A stretch of 64,000 nt of DNA. Origin: an uncultured delta proteobacterium. GTDB taxonomy: Bacteria; Desulfobacterota; Binatia; UBA9968. A model generated the notes under the pieces. The model did not search any database. It was not told the DNA's origin and was given only the letters and a program-made list of their open reading frames with translations. Location of the stretch: positions 160,001-224,000 of the forward strand of contig CAVTUQ010000007.1 of assembly GCA_963737905.1 (NCBI GenBank), written 5' to 3'. Position 1 is the first letter of the stretch, and each line of letters opens with the position of its first letter. A program made the translations under genes and the position numbers. Positions 10,162 through 20,341 of the stretch are shown piece by piece.

Positions 10162-11454
10162 GTGACGTACTGGGTTTACAACGCGCTAGCGAGCGCATTA
10201 TTACTGATCGGTCTGCTTTTCTCACCGGTGCTATATCTGTTGGGGAAGCGATACAGCATGGGTTTCGGCGAGCGTATCGGGTTTTATGGTCGGGAGATTA
10301 GAAAGTCTGTTAGAAATACGCGACCGGTATGGATCCATGCGGCTTCTGTGGGTGAAGCCGTATGCGCCGGCCGTCTCGTAGAGGAGATTAGGAAGCGGTT
10401 TCCCTCGCGGAAGATTGTTGTTTCGGCATTTACGCATACGGGTTATGAGACCGCTCATCGGGTTATACCCGATGCCTCGGTGATTTTTTTTCCCTTGGAT
10501 CACCCGTGGATTGTCAAAAAAGCCTTGTCCACCTTTGATCCGTCAGTGATGGTTTTTTTGGAGACCGAAATCTGGCCGAATATGCTGCGCTTGGCTCATC
10601 GGAAGGGAACTCCGATCCTGCTCCTGAGTGGGCGGCTTTCTCCACGGTCGTTCAACAAATATTCTTTATTGTCATGGTTCTTTCGCCGTGTCGTCCGAAA
10701 CTTTGCGTCGATGGGAATGCAGAGCGAGGAAGATGCCAGCCGTGTCAAAAGGCTTGGAGCCGATCCCAGAAAGGTGGTCGTCACAGGTAATTTGAAGCTC
10801 ATGGGGTCGGGAAGTGATGTTCATTGCAACGGCATGACCGCCGATTTTTTTAGCTTGAAAAGAAAAGCCACCGGGCGCTTGCTGGTGGCGGGGAGTTCAC
10901 ACCGCGGGGAAGAAGCAATCCTCCTGGATGCGTTTCGCCGTTTGAAGCAGGCCTTTCCCGATTTCCAAATGGTTTTGGCCCCCAGGCATCCGCAGCGTTT
11001 TCCAGAGGTGGAAAGTTTACTCAAGGCGAGCGGCATGGCGTATGGAAAGAAGAGCGAGATCAATGGACGGGCGACTTTGCTGCCGGATATTTTGCTTTTG
11101 GATACCCTCGGGGATCTTCAAGAGTTTTACGCCCTGGGAGATATTGCTTTTGTGGGCGGTAGCCTTTTCGATGCCGGGGGACACAATTTGCTGGAGCCGG
11201 CACGTGTACGCAGTCCGATGTTATTCGGGCCGCACATGACCAATTTTGCAGCGATCGCCGAAGCGATGAAAGAAAGAGGAGGAGGGGTCGAAGTTCGGGG
11301 GGTAGAGGACCTGGTTCGCGAGATCACCGGTCTGCTGAACGATACGGCCAAACGTCTGACCATGGGTGAGAAAGCTTACCAAGTTGCGGCGGATGAACAG
11401 CGTGTCGGCGAGCGTACTTCCGAATTATTGTCCCGTTATCTTCAACCGCTATGA
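10162..11454 (+). CDS. waaA: Kdo transferase
   Basis: VWIHAASVGE, FLETEIWPN, LAPRHPQRF, GGHNLLEP. Confidence 0.95.
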   Translation: MTYWVYNALASALLLIGLLFSPVLYLLGKRYSMGFGERIGFYGREIRKSVRNTRPVWIHAASVGEAVCAGRLVEEIRKRFPSRKIVVSAFTHTGYETAHRVIPDASVIFFPLDHPWIVKKALSTFDPSVMVFLETEIWPNMLRLAHRKGTPILLLSGRLSPRSFNKYSLLSWFFRRVVRNFASMGMQSEEDASRVKRLGADPRKVVVTGNLKLMGSGSDVHCNGMTADFFSLKRKATGRLLVAGSSHRGEEAILLDAFRRLKQAFPDFQMVLAPRHPQRFPEVESLLKASGMAYGKKSEINGRATLLPDILLLDTLGDLQEFYALGDIAFVGGSLFDAGGHNLLEPARVRSPMLFGPHMTNFAAIAEAMKERGGGVEVRGVEDLVREITGLLNDTAKRLTMGEKAYQVAADEQRVGERTSELLSRYLQPL

Positions 11455-11485
11455 GGCTGCAAATCAAAGCCGTGATTCGAGTTAG

Positions 11486-12550
11486 ATGAGCGGCAGGTGG
11501 ATTCGTCGAGTTTGGGAACGTCGTGGAGTTTGGGGAAGACTTTTGTGGATCTTGTTTTTACCCGTATCCTGCCTTTATTGGTTGGGTGTACAAACTCGTA
11601 ACGCCCTCTATTCCGCTGGCTGGAAAACGACCCAAAACCTTAATCCATTTGTGGTTAGTATCGGCAACTTGACAGTAGGCGGCACGGGGAAAACACCCAC
11701 CGTTGTTTGGGTCGCTCAGGAGTTGCAAAAAAAAGGCTTCAAAATCGTTGTGCTCAGTCGGGGTTATAGAAGAAAAGGAAATCAACCTGTGGTGCTGGCT
11801 GCTAACCTCCCTGCGAACGTCGATGACTTCGGCGATGAACCGTCGATGATGGCCCGACTTTTCGGATTGACCGTTGCGGTCGCGAGCCCGCGTTATAAGG
11901 GGGCTCTCGAGGCAGTTAAGAATTATGCTGTGGATGTTTTTATTCTTGATGACGGCTTTCAACACCGGCAACTGAGGAGGGACCTGGATCTCGTACTCCT
12001 GGGATCCGATTCAACGGGCTGGGTTCTTCCGTCCGGTCCCTTTCGCGAATCTAGAAAAGCGATCGGTCGGGCCGGCTTTTTGCTGATTACGGGCGGACAA
12101 GAAAAATGGCAACATGTAATCGCCAAAGCCGACCGGCAGTCTATTTTCTATGGTTCCCTCGAGCCCGCGGTTTTGATCGGAATGGAGTCACGACGTTGGA
12201 AAGAATATCCATTGAGTCTTATGGCGCGCCGGAAAATCGTGGTTGTCACGGCTATTGCGAATCCAGGGCCGGTTTATGGGATCATTCACGACTGGGAGGG
12301 TGAGATCATGGATGTGCTCGAATTCGCGGATCACCATCACTACTCCTCGCGGGATTGGCAACGCATTAATCGGGCTGCCCGCGACGCCGATCTGATCATT
12401 ACCACCGAGAAGGATATCCTCAAGCTGATCCGGTTTCCATTTGGGCGCGGCAAACTCTTCGCCCTGCGAGTGGCGATGGTCGTCGAAAACGGAGACATTC
12501 TCGTTCAGGCAATCGTTGATCGTATTCAAAAGAAGGCTAAAAGCAATTAG
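11486..12550 (+). CDS. lpxK: Tetraacyldisaccharide 4'-kinase
   Basis: GNLTVGGTGKTP, LSRGY, GDEP, LDDGFQH, TTEKD. Confidence 0.95.
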   Translation: MSGRWIRRVWERRGVWGRLLWILFLPVSCLYWLGVQTRNALYSAGWKTTQNLNPFVVSIGNLTVGGTGKTPTVVWVAQELQKKGFKIVVLSRGYRRKGNQPVVLAANLPANVDDFGDEPSMMARLFGLTVAVASPRYKGALEAVKNYAVDVFILDDGFQHRQLRRDLDLVLLGSDSTGWVLPSGPFRESRKAIGRAGFLLITGGQEKWQHVIAKADRQSIFYGSLEPAVLIGMESRRWKEYPLSLMARRKIVVVTAIANPGPVYGIIHDWEGEIMDVLEFADHHHYSSRDWQRINRAARDADLIITTEKDILKLIRFPFGRGKLFALRVAMVVENGDILVQAIVDRIQKKAKSN

Positions 12551-12610
12551 AATAGGGGGAACCGTTGGCGCTGCGGTATTCGGACTGCCGCCATTTAAGA
12601 AAGGCATTCA

Positions 12611-13552
12611 ATGAGAGCATTGATCACTGGGGTTGCCGGCTTTATCGGCTCTCACCTGGCCGAGAAGCTCCTTGGGTTAGGGCACGAAGTCGTGGGTGTG
12701 GACAAATTCTTGGACAATTACGCACGCGACTTCAAAGAAGCAAATTTGGCGCCATTCCTCCAGCATCCGTCCTTCAAGTTTATCAACGATGATCTCGTCA
12801 ACATTGGATTGCGCCAACTACTCAGTCAAACGGATTATGTGTTTCATTTAGCTGCCCAGCCGGGGGTTCGCTCGAGTTGGGGGGAGGAGTTTTCTCATTA
12901 CCTGCACAACAATATATCCGCGACGCAGGTTTTGTTAGAAGCGTGCAAGGAGGTCGCGGTCAGAAAGTTCGTTTACGCCTCGTCTTCTTCTGTCTATGGA
13001 GATACCGACGACCTGCCGATGAGGGAGAGTGGCGGAACCCGCCCTGTATCCCCCTATGGGGTTAGCAAACTGGCCGCCGAGCATCTGTGTTACCTGTACT
13101 GGAAGGCGTTTGGGATTCCAACAGTTTCGCTCCGTTTTTTCACCGTTTACGGGCCGCGGCAGCGGCCTGATATGTTTTTTCATATTCTGATGCGGCATCT
13201 GCTTCTTGACGACGAAATCCCCTTATATGACGACGGTGAACAAAGCCGTGATTTTACGTATTGCGCGGATATCCTAGAAGGATTGACCGGGGCGGCATTT
13301 TACCCGGGATCCGGGGAGGTATTTAACTTAGGCGGCGGCGGCGAGATTACCTTGCTCAATGCAATCGCTTTGATCGAGCAAATAAGCGGCCGCAAGGCAA
13401 AGCTCAAAAGACTCGATCGTCAAAGGGGCGACGTACGCCGTACCCGTGCGAGCTTAGATCTGGCAGGAAAGAAAATCGGTTATAAGCCACTCGTTTCATT
13501 GGAAGAGGGCTTGTCGCGTCAATGGGAGTGGATTGCCGCAATAAGAAAATAA
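12611..13552 (+). CDS. NAD-dependent nucleotide-sugar epimerase (UDP-glucose/glucuronate 4-epimerase family)
   Basis: TGVAGFIGS, HLAAQPGVR, ASSSSVYG, YGVSK, RFFTVYGPRQRPDM. Confidence 0.9.
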   Translation: MRALITGVAGFIGSHLAEKLLGLGHEVVGVDKFLDNYARDFKEANLAPFLQHPSFKFINDDLVNIGLRQLLSQTDYVFHLAAQPGVRSSWGEEFSHYLHNNISATQVLLEACKEVAVRKFVYASSSSVYGDTDDLPMRESGGTRPVSPYGVSKLAAEHLCYLYWKAFGIPTVSLRFFTVYGPRQRPDMFFHILMRHLLLDDEIPLYDDGEQSRDFTYCADILEGLTGAAFYPGSGEVFNLGGGGEITLLNAIALIEQISGRKAKLKRLDRQRGDVRRTRASLDLAGKKIGYKPLVSLEEGLSRQWEWIAAIRK

Positions 13553-13617
13553 AACTCTTACGAATGACAGTGGCCTTTCAAAGGTTAATCTAGGCCCTTT
13601 GAGAAAAGGAGTGTTCG

Positions 13618-13785
13618 ATGTCGATCAGTAAAGAGTTATTGGATATCCTGGCGTGCCCCAAGTGTAAGGGGGATATTCATCTAAACGAGCACGGCGATGG
13701 TTTGATCTGTGATGCCTGCCGCCTCCTGTATCCCATCAAGGATGATATTCCGGTGATGTTGATCGACGAGGCCGTGCGACTGTAA
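13618..13785 (+). CDS. Trm112/YcaR family protein (55 aa)
   Basis: Below ORF-track cutoff. Manual translation MSISKELLDILACPKCKGDIHLNEHGDGLICDACRLLYPIKDDIPVMLIDEAVRL; AAGGAG RBS upstream. Confidence 0.92.
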   Translation: MSISKELLDILACPKCKGDIHLNEHGDGLICDACRLLYPIKDDIPVMLIDEAVRL

Positions 13786-13788
13786 ATC

Positions 13789-14889
13789 ATGGATCCACGC
13801 ATTTGGGATAAGGTCTTGGTGGTTCAGACGAGCTTTCTCGGCGATACCGTTCTAACGGTCCCGTTGCTATACGAGATCAAACGGCGTTTCCCTAAGTCGA
13901 AGCTCAGTCTTCTTTGCACGCCGCTGGGGCAGGAGCTATTGTCGGATCATCCCGCCGTTGATGAGATTATCGTCGACGACAAAAAAAAACGCGACCGTGG
14001 GTGGACGGGTTTGTGGCGAAAGGCGGGGCTTCTTAGGCGTCAGGGATTTACGATGGCCTTGTGCCCGCATAAATCCTTTCGTAGTGGCTTGCTCTTGTTT
14101 CTGGCAAGAATACCTCTCCGGGTGGGCTTCGCCCAAAGCAAGAGCTTTTTCCTCTTCCCTGTGCGCGTCAACCGCAATGCAAAGCGACACGACGTGGATC
14201 GCACCCTTTCCGTTCTCGAGGGATTAGGGATACGGACCGAAGAGTGCGAACGCGTATTGGATATTCCGATCACAGCGGATGCGCGGGAAGATGTTATTCG
14301 GGAGTTCCACTCCTTGGGTCTGGACACGTCGAAGATGCTGATCGGACTGCATCCGGGATCGGTATGGGCCACGAAGCGATGGTCGGCGGAGGGTTTTGCG
14401 CGACTCATAGAGTTGCTGAAGGAAAGATACACTTGTGAGATACTCCTATTCGGCGGTCCCGAGGACGGGGAGGTCGTTGCCAAAGTTCAAAACCTTTGCG
14501 CCGGTGGCGCAGTGAGCCTGGTTGATCGGATTGGACTCCGCGAGCTTCCTGCAGCTTTAAGCCAGTGCAGGATTCTCATCACGAATGATAGTGGGCCTAT
14601 GCATATCGCCGTCGCGGAAGCTGTGCCGGTGATCGCAATCTTTTGCGCAACCACCCCCTCGCTCGGTTTCTATCCATACTCATCCAGAGCGATGGTGTTG
14701 GAAAAGAATCTATCGTGCCGTCCATGTAGCTCCCATGGCGGGCGGCGTTGCCCCCTGGGCACTGAAGATTGTATCCGTCTGATTGGCCCTGCACAGGTTT
14801 TTCAGGCGGTGGAGCGACTCCTCGAAGAAACGAGCCGGCCGGATTTCGTGATGGCGAATCGTTACGTGCCGCAGTTCGTAGCGGTCTGA
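13789..14889 (+). CDS. GT9 LPS heptosyltransferase (WaaF-like)
   Basis: QTSFLGDTVL, HPGSVWATKRW, TNDSGPMHIA, CRPC..HG...CP. Confidence 0.88.
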   Translation: MDPRIWDKVLVVQTSFLGDTVLTVPLLYEIKRRFPKSKLSLLCTPLGQELLSDHPAVDEIIVDDKKKRDRGWTGLWRKAGLLRRQGFTMALCPHKSFRSGLLLFLARIPLRVGFAQSKSFFLFPVRVNRNAKRHDVDRTLSVLEGLGIRTEECERVLDIPITADAREDVIREFHSLGLDTSKMLIGLHPGSVWATKRWSAEGFARLIELLKERYTCEILLFGGPEDGEVVAKVQNLCAGGAVSLVDRIGLRELPAALSQCRILITNDSGPMHIAVAEAVPVIAIFCATTPSLGFYPYSSRAMVLEKNLSCRPCSSHGGRRCPLGTEDCIRLIGPAQVFQAVERLLEETSRPDFVMANRYVPQFVAV

Positions 14890-14977
14890 TCTTCCTCTGC
14901 GTAAACAGTTGCCAACTTCACCAGCTTAAAATAAAGCCTTAGCAATTTGGGCTTGTAACGGCGAATCGCGGGGGGAC

Positions 14978-15787
14978 ATGAGTCGTGGATATTGGATAAT
15001 GTCGACTTCCCGAGATTGGCCGTGGGGCGTTGTTCCGCCAGGGTTCAGAAGAGTGGTCGATGGACGCGGGAGCCTGATGATCGTTCGAGAGGATGTTGCA
15101 GAATTTCTTACCATCGAGGAATGCACGAAAGAGAACCCTGAAGATGACCACGAGCCCGCCGTCTTCCAGGGAAGGGGAAGGTTACGGGCTATTAAGCTTC
15201 GCAATGGTGATGCGGCGCTGGTCCGACCCTATCGACACGGGGGCTTGTTTCGTCATTTGCTGGACGGGATTTTTTTTACTTGGCCGCCACGGCCCTTTAG
15301 GGAATTAGCGATCACCGAAGAGGTGCGCCGACGCGGCATCCCCACGGTTGAGGTCTTCGGTGCCTGCGTGAAGCGTATTGGCGGGCCGTGTTACCGTGGC
15401 TGGCTGGTGACACGACAGTTGAATGGCGGCGAGGATCTATGGACGGCCATTCGAGACGGTCTCGTTCGTCGGGCAGGAGCCCAGAAAGTTTTGGACGCGG
15501 TGGCAGGGAGCCTTCGGGCTTTGCATCGTGAGGGTATCTATCATCGGGACCTGAACCTGAAGAATATCATGGTACGTCGTGAGTCCGACGGGGTGAAGGG
15601 ATACATCATCGACTTTGACCGGGCTATGCTCTTCTTGGGAGAGGTTCCACCGAACCGGGCGCAGCGAAACCTCAACCGTCTCCTCCGGTCGGCGAATAAG
15701 TTGGACTCGAAGCGGGAGTATTTCTCCGTCGATGATTGGAAGAGGTTCGTCGATTCATATCGTGGGCACAATGCGGCCGAGCCCTAA
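14978..15787 (+). CDS. Kdo/LPS kinase (KdkA-like)
   Basis: GRG, VRPYRHGGL, YHRDLNLKNI, IIDFDRA, NLNRLLRS. Confidence 0.82.
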   Translation: MSRGYWIMSTSRDWPWGVVPPGFRRVVDGRGSLMIVREDVAEFLTIEECTKENPEDDHEPAVFQGRGRLRAIKLRNGDAALVRPYRHGGLFRHLLDGIFFTWPPRPFRELAITEEVRRRGIPTVEVFGACVKRIGGPCYRGWLVTRQLNGGEDLWTAIRDGLVRRAGAQKVLDAVAGSLRALHREGIYHRDLNLKNIMVRRESDGVKGYIIDFDRAMLFLGEVPPNRAQRNLNRLLRSANKLDSKREYFSVDDWKRFVDSYRGHNAAEP

Positions 15788-16826
15788 ACCAAAGAAAATT
15801 CTCGTGGTTCTTCATGGATCCATCGGTGATGTGACCCGTGCCTTGCCGCTGGCCAATCTTATTCACCGTGGTTTTCCCGGGGCGACCCTCGCGTGGGCTG
15901 TCGAACCGCCCTCTCTGCCGCTGGTGGAGCATCATCCCGCCGTGGATGAAGTCATTCTTTTTGATCGTCCCCGCTGGTGGAGCCAACTGGGTCCGTTCCT
16001 GCGGAGAATTCGCGCCGAACGCTTCGATTTGGTGTTGGATCTTCAACGCCATCTAAAAAGCGGCCTGATCAGTCGCTGGAGCGGGGCGCCGCACCGTTTG
16101 GGCTTTCACAGGATTGACAGCAAGGAATGCAACTGGCTGTTCAACAATCACTACATTCCAGCTGCGGGTCACGGCATATCCAAGTTCAACCATTATCTCA
16201 AGTTCGCTGAATATCTTGGTCTTGTTCCGGAGCCGGTGGAATGGAAGCTTTCGTTGACCAAGGAGGAGCAGGTTTGCGTTGACCATCAACTGGAAAAGGT
16301 GCGCGGCGAATTTGCCACGCTGTTTGTAGGCAGTCGATGGGAGAGTAAGGGATGGTTCGCGGCCCAAATATCGTCGTGCGCGAACCTTATCCAGGAGCGT
16401 TACGGCTTTAGCATTGTTTTGCTCGGCAGCGAACAAGACGCGATCCTCGCAAGGGAAGTCGAGGTCTCTTGCGGTCAAGGCACCACGAACCTGGTGGGCC
16501 GTACCTCGCTGAAGGAAGCCGTAGGGATCATCGCCCGGGCAAAGGTCGCAGTGGGACCCGATACCGGTTTAATGCACATTGCTGCTGCAGTGGGTACACC
16601 GGTCGTATCATTGTGGGGCGCTACGAATCCGTCTCGCGCCGGGCCGTATGGGTTCGAGGAACTAGTGATTCAAGGAGAGGCGGAGTGTTCGCCCTGCTAC
16701 CGCAAGCGGTGCCCTATTGGGCGAGTCTGCATGCAATCGATCGAAGTCGAAACCATCATGGCAAAAATTGAGATCGGCCTCTCACGCGAGCGAAACTGTC
16801 CGTCGGCCTATGAAACTCGGCTCTGA
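15771..16826 (+). CDS. GT9 LPS heptosyltransferase (WaaC-like)
   Basis: GSIGDV, VLDLQRHLKSG, GPDTGLMHIAAAVGTP, CSPCYRKRCP. Confidence 0.88.
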   Translation: MRPSPKPKKILVVLHGSIGDVTRALPLANLIHRGFPGATLAWAVEPPSLPLVEHHPAVDEVILFDRPRWWSQLGPFLRRIRAERFDLVLDLQRHLKSGLISRWSGAPHRLGFHRIDSKECNWLFNNHYIPAAGHGISKFNHYLKFAEYLGLVPEPVEWKLSLTKEEQVCVDHQLEKVRGEFATLFVGSRWESKGWFAAQISSCANLIQERYGFSIVLLGSEQDAILAREVEVSCGQGTTNLVGRTSLKEAVGIIARAKVAVGPDTGLMHIAAAVGTPVVSLWGATNPSRAGPYGFEELVIQGEAECSPCYRKRCPIGRVCMQSIEVETIMAKIEIGLSRERNCPSAYETRL

Positions 16827-17701
16827 CCACTATTACCTGCGCAAAGATGGAGGATGGTCGCTTTGGATTCTCCCTGAGGAATGGACGGAAGAACTCTGGC
16901 AGGTCGTCTTGGCGCTCGTAGAAAAGCAGCCATCCTCCAAGCACCCGCAAACGCTGCAAGTAAAAGCTCCCTTTGCTGCGGATGGTGAATTACTTTTTTT
17001 GAAAGTGTTTCACGGTTCCTCCGGCATGGGCGCGCTCAAGGGGTTCTTCCGAGATTCCAAGGCTTTTTGCTCCATGGGCCAAGCGGCCGCGTTGGCGCGG
17101 TTCAATTTCAAGGTGCCGATTACGGTGGCTGCCGGAGAAAAGAGGGAGCATCGCTTCTTACGAAAGGCATTCGTCTTGACCGTGGCAGTGAAGGGCCAAT
17201 CCTTGCCCGCTTTCCTTGGACAATACGGCTTGGGTTGTAGCGGTATTTCGCTGTTTGACAAAGCGCAACGGTTTAAAGGAGTTAGCTATGGAAGTTCGAC
17301 GCTTACATGACCTGGGCTTTGTGCACGGCGATCTTGTTCCCACGAACATCTTCGTATCCCGGGCTCCCGGAAAGGGAAGCGGTTTTTTTTTCATGGACAA
17401 TGATCGCACCCATCATTATCCGAAATGGATTCCGCAACCTTTTTGGCGGCGCAATCTGGTACAGCTAAATCGCATTCCGCTTCCTGGAATAACCCTTCAA
17501 GATCGCGTGCGGTTCTTGCGCCATTACCTCGGGGCAAGCGAATGGGGAAACAAGGAACGTCAACTGCTTGCATGGCTCGAACAGAAGACCCGTCAACGCC
17601 GTGTAGAGTGTGACGCGGTGGATTCGAGCTTGAGTTTCAGGGAGCTGATGCGGTGGCAAGAGTTAGGGCAGTGTTCTCATGAAAATCGCGCTCGTTCATA
17701 A
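16810..17701 (+). CDS. LPS kinase, Kdo/WaaP/InaA family (one frameshift near 17255)
   Basis: ORFs 16810-17310 and 17216-17701 join into one kinase: N-lobe FLKVF, then VHGDLVPTNI, FMDNDR, RRNLVQLN. Confidence 0.78.
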
Positions 17702-18833
17702 GCGATTAGATAGAAGGGGCGGAACCGAATTAGACTTCTATCGGACCGCCAGCGGTCTAAAAGATCTCGGCCACGAGGTTCATTTATTTTGTAGCGAATT
17801 TGCAATTGAGCCGCCACCGGGCACTTATACGCATTCCATACCCATCGTGCCGCTAGGGCGCACGGCGCGACTGTGGAGTTTTGCCAGAGGTGCTCCAAAG
17901 ATAATGCGTCCGTTCCCATGTGACGTGGTTGTCAGCTTCGGACGTATGATCTCGCAAGATGTTCTTCGCAGCGGCGGCGGTTCCCATCGGGCATTTTTGC
18001 AGAAGTCGGGTGCGGAGGGTGGGCTCGGACGGCGACTGTGGCAAGATCTGAGCCCGTACCACCGGACCCTTCTTGCTTTAGAACAGCGACAATTTCAGCC
18101 AGATCATTACAAACGAATCCTCGCGGTATCCGAAGAGGTCAAGCGGGAACTGTTGGGTACCTATGCTATCCCCGAAGACAAAATCACTGTGATTTATAAC
18201 GGCGTGGACGAGCAGCGATTTGATTTCAGCTTAGGCGATAAATTTCGTGCGCCTATAAGACAACAATGGCATATTCCATTGGATGCGCCTGTGGTCTTAT
18301 TTGTCGGAAACGGCTTTCGCCGGAAAGGCTTGGATCGTTTGCTGAAAGCATGGAGTTCACCGCAAATGAAAGACACGTACCTTGTGGTAGTTGGGGAAGA
18401 CGCGCAACGGGCCAGGTACAAAGCGCTAGCCGAGGAGCGGGCCAGGGGTAAGGTTATCTTCGTCGGAAGACGCGACGACGTCGAGAAGTATTACGGCGCA
18501 GCGGATCTGCTGGTGCTACCGGCAGTCCAAGAGGCTTTTGGCAATGTGGTTTTGGAGGGCTTGGCGGCGGGATTGCCCGCTGTGGTGAGCGCAGTCGTCG
18601 GTGCATCCGAGATTCTCGAGGGTGGACTGGCGGAAGGGATCATCGCCCATCCAGAGGATCCGAAGGACATGGCAGCCAAGCTGTTGACGATGCTCGAGCG
18701 AGGCCGCAATCGGGCGTTTTCCGTGGAGGCCAGAAGGTTGGCTGAAGGGTATTCATGGAACAACCATTTCAAGAAGTTAGACGGGTTCCTTAAAGACCTT
18801 GTTGAAGAGGGTGGGTGTGGATCACCAGCCTGA
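17679..18833 (+). CDS. GT4 glycosyltransferase (WaaG/RfaG-like)
   Basis: GGTE, FVGNGFRRKGL, EAFGNVVLEGLAAGLP. Confidence 0.88.
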   Translation: MKIALVHKRLDRRGGTELDFYRTASGLKDLGHEVHLFCSEFAIEPPPGTYTHSIPIVPLGRTARLWSFARGAPKIMRPFPCDVVVSFGRMISQDVLRSGGGSHRAFLQKSGAEGGLGRRLWQDLSPYHRTLLALEQRQFQPDHYKRILAVSEEVKRELLGTYAIPEDKITVIYNGVDEQRFDFSLGDKFRAPIRQQWHIPLDAPVVLFVGNGFRRKGLDRLLKAWSSPQMKDTYLVVVGEDAQRARYKALAEERARGKVIFVGRRDDVEKYYGAADLLVLPAVQEAFGNVVLEGLAAGLPAVVSAVVGASEILEGGLAEGIIAHPEDPKDMAAKLLTMLERGRNRAFSVEARRLAEGYSWNNHFKKLDGFLKDLVEEGGCGSPA

Positions 18834-19695
18834 ATTTGTCTTGGAGAAGCGGGGATCGCTGTCGATACGGGTGGCACGGACTTTCGCCAACGACCTAGTA
18901 CCTGACATCGCGCCCGATCCGGATCGCCTGTTTCACTTACCGGGATGCGTGATCATCAAGGACCAGAGAAAAATTAAAGTCGCGCGTATCAAGGTGAAAA
19001 TTCAAGGGAACGCGAAAACGGTCTATCTCAAACGTTATAATACCTTCTCTTGGCGCTATCGGTTCGGATCTATCTTTCAGTTCTCCGGGGCCGTCAGGTC
19101 ACTCCATGGAGCTGCAATTTTGTCCCAATCCGGCATCGCGACGGCGCGTCCATTGGCTGCGGTCGACTCGAGATCATGGGGAATGTTGGACGGAAGTTTT
19201 TTTCTATCGGAGGAGATCGAGAATGGGAAGACCGCGGACGCGTATTGGCGGGAAGAACTGGTGACTATCAAAGGGAAAGAGGGAATGCAGAGGCGCAACC
19301 GGTTCTTACGACGAATGGGTGAGTTGTTTCGTCGCCTGCATGATCAAGACGTTTATCATAACGATCTCAAGGACGCCAATATTCTCGTCTGTCGAGATTC
19401 TAGTGGAGGCGCCGAGCACTTTTATCTCCTCGATCTGGAAGGCATTCGCCGCTATCGGAAGTTGAATCGGCGGCGGCAGGTTAAGAATCTGGTCCAGTTA
19501 AACCGCACGCTGGGCAAGTATCTACGAGCGACAGACAAGCTTCGCTTCCTTGAAAGCTACATGGGGTCGTCGTTTTCAAATCGAATCGATAAGAGAGATT
19601 GGGTCGCAAGCGTTCTCACACAAAGTAACCGTCTGGATCGCCTTCAAAACATCAAGGTGTCGTCTATTGCAATGGCAGGAAACACCGGCGCGTGA
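18799..19695 (+). CDS. LPS kinase, Kdo/WaaP/InaA family
   Basis: YLKRY, YHNDLKDANIL, LLDLEG, KNLVQLN; true start may be GTG 18811 or 18817. Confidence 0.82.
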   Translation: MLKRVGVDHQPEFVLEKRGSLSIRVARTFANDLVPDIAPDPDRLFHLPGCVIIKDQRKIKVARIKVKIQGNAKTVYLKRYNTFSWRYRFGSIFQFSGAVRSLHGAAILSQSGIATARPLAAVDSRSWGMLDGSFFLSEEIENGKTADAYWREELVTIKGKEGMQRRNRFLRRMGELFRRLHDQDVYHNDLKDANILVCRDSSGGAEHFYLLDLEGIRRYRKLNRRRQVKNLVQLNRTLGKYLRATDKLRFLESYMGSSFSNRIDKRDWVASVLTQSNRLDRLQNIKVSSIAMAGNTGA

Positions 19696-19713
19696 ATCCT
19701 GATTTTATTCTAA

Positions 19714-20283
19714 ATGGCCTTTAAGTTTCAGCCACTAGAAATCCCAGACGTAGTCTTGATTGAAGCTCAGGCTTTCGCAGATGAGCGCGGCTTATTTATG
19801 GAGAGCTACAAGAGATCCGCGTTCTCGGCCCATGGGATTCACGACACCTTTATACAGGACAACTACTCTCATTCACGTCAGGGAGTACTCCGAGGGCTCC
19901 ATTACCAGAAACTGCCTAAGGCTCAGGCTAAACTGGTAACCGTTTTGAGAGGGCAAATTTTTGACGTCGCGGTGGATATCCGGCGGGACTCCCCGACTTA
20001 TCGCCGATGGGTGGGAAAGGCAATCTCCGCTCAGGATGGTTGCTTGCTTTATATCCCGGTGGGTTTTGCGCATGGTTTTTGTGTGCTCAGCGAAGAAGCC
20101 GATGTTTTTTATAAAGTCACGGCAGAGTATGCCCCGGAGCTAGATCGAGGCGTCATTTGGGACGACCCCGACATCGGTATTCGTTGGCCCATCCGCGCTC
20201 CGACGGTTTCCCTCAAAGATGCCAAGCTCCCTTTGCTTAAATCATCCGACAACGATTTTCTATACGAGGAGACGGCCTTGTGA
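19714..20283 (+). CDS. rmlC: NDP-4-keto-sugar 3,5-epimerase (RmlC family)
   Basis: DERGLFME, QDNYSHS..GVLRGLHYQ, DVAVDIR..SPTY, IPVGFAHGF. Confidence 0.9.
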   Translation: MAFKFQPLEIPDVVLIEAQAFADERGLFMESYKRSAFSAHGIHDTFIQDNYSHSRQGVLRGLHYQKLPKAQAKLVTVLRGQIFDVAVDIRRDSPTYRRWVGKAISAQDGCLLYIPVGFAHGFCVLSEEADVFYKVTAEYAPELDRGVIWDDPDIGIRWPIRAPTVSLKDAKLPLLKSSDNDFLYEETAL

Positions 20284-20341
20284 ATATCTTGCCTAGGGAT
20301 CGTCTGCCCCCGATTGGAAGCCAGGGAAGGAGATCCTCAAC

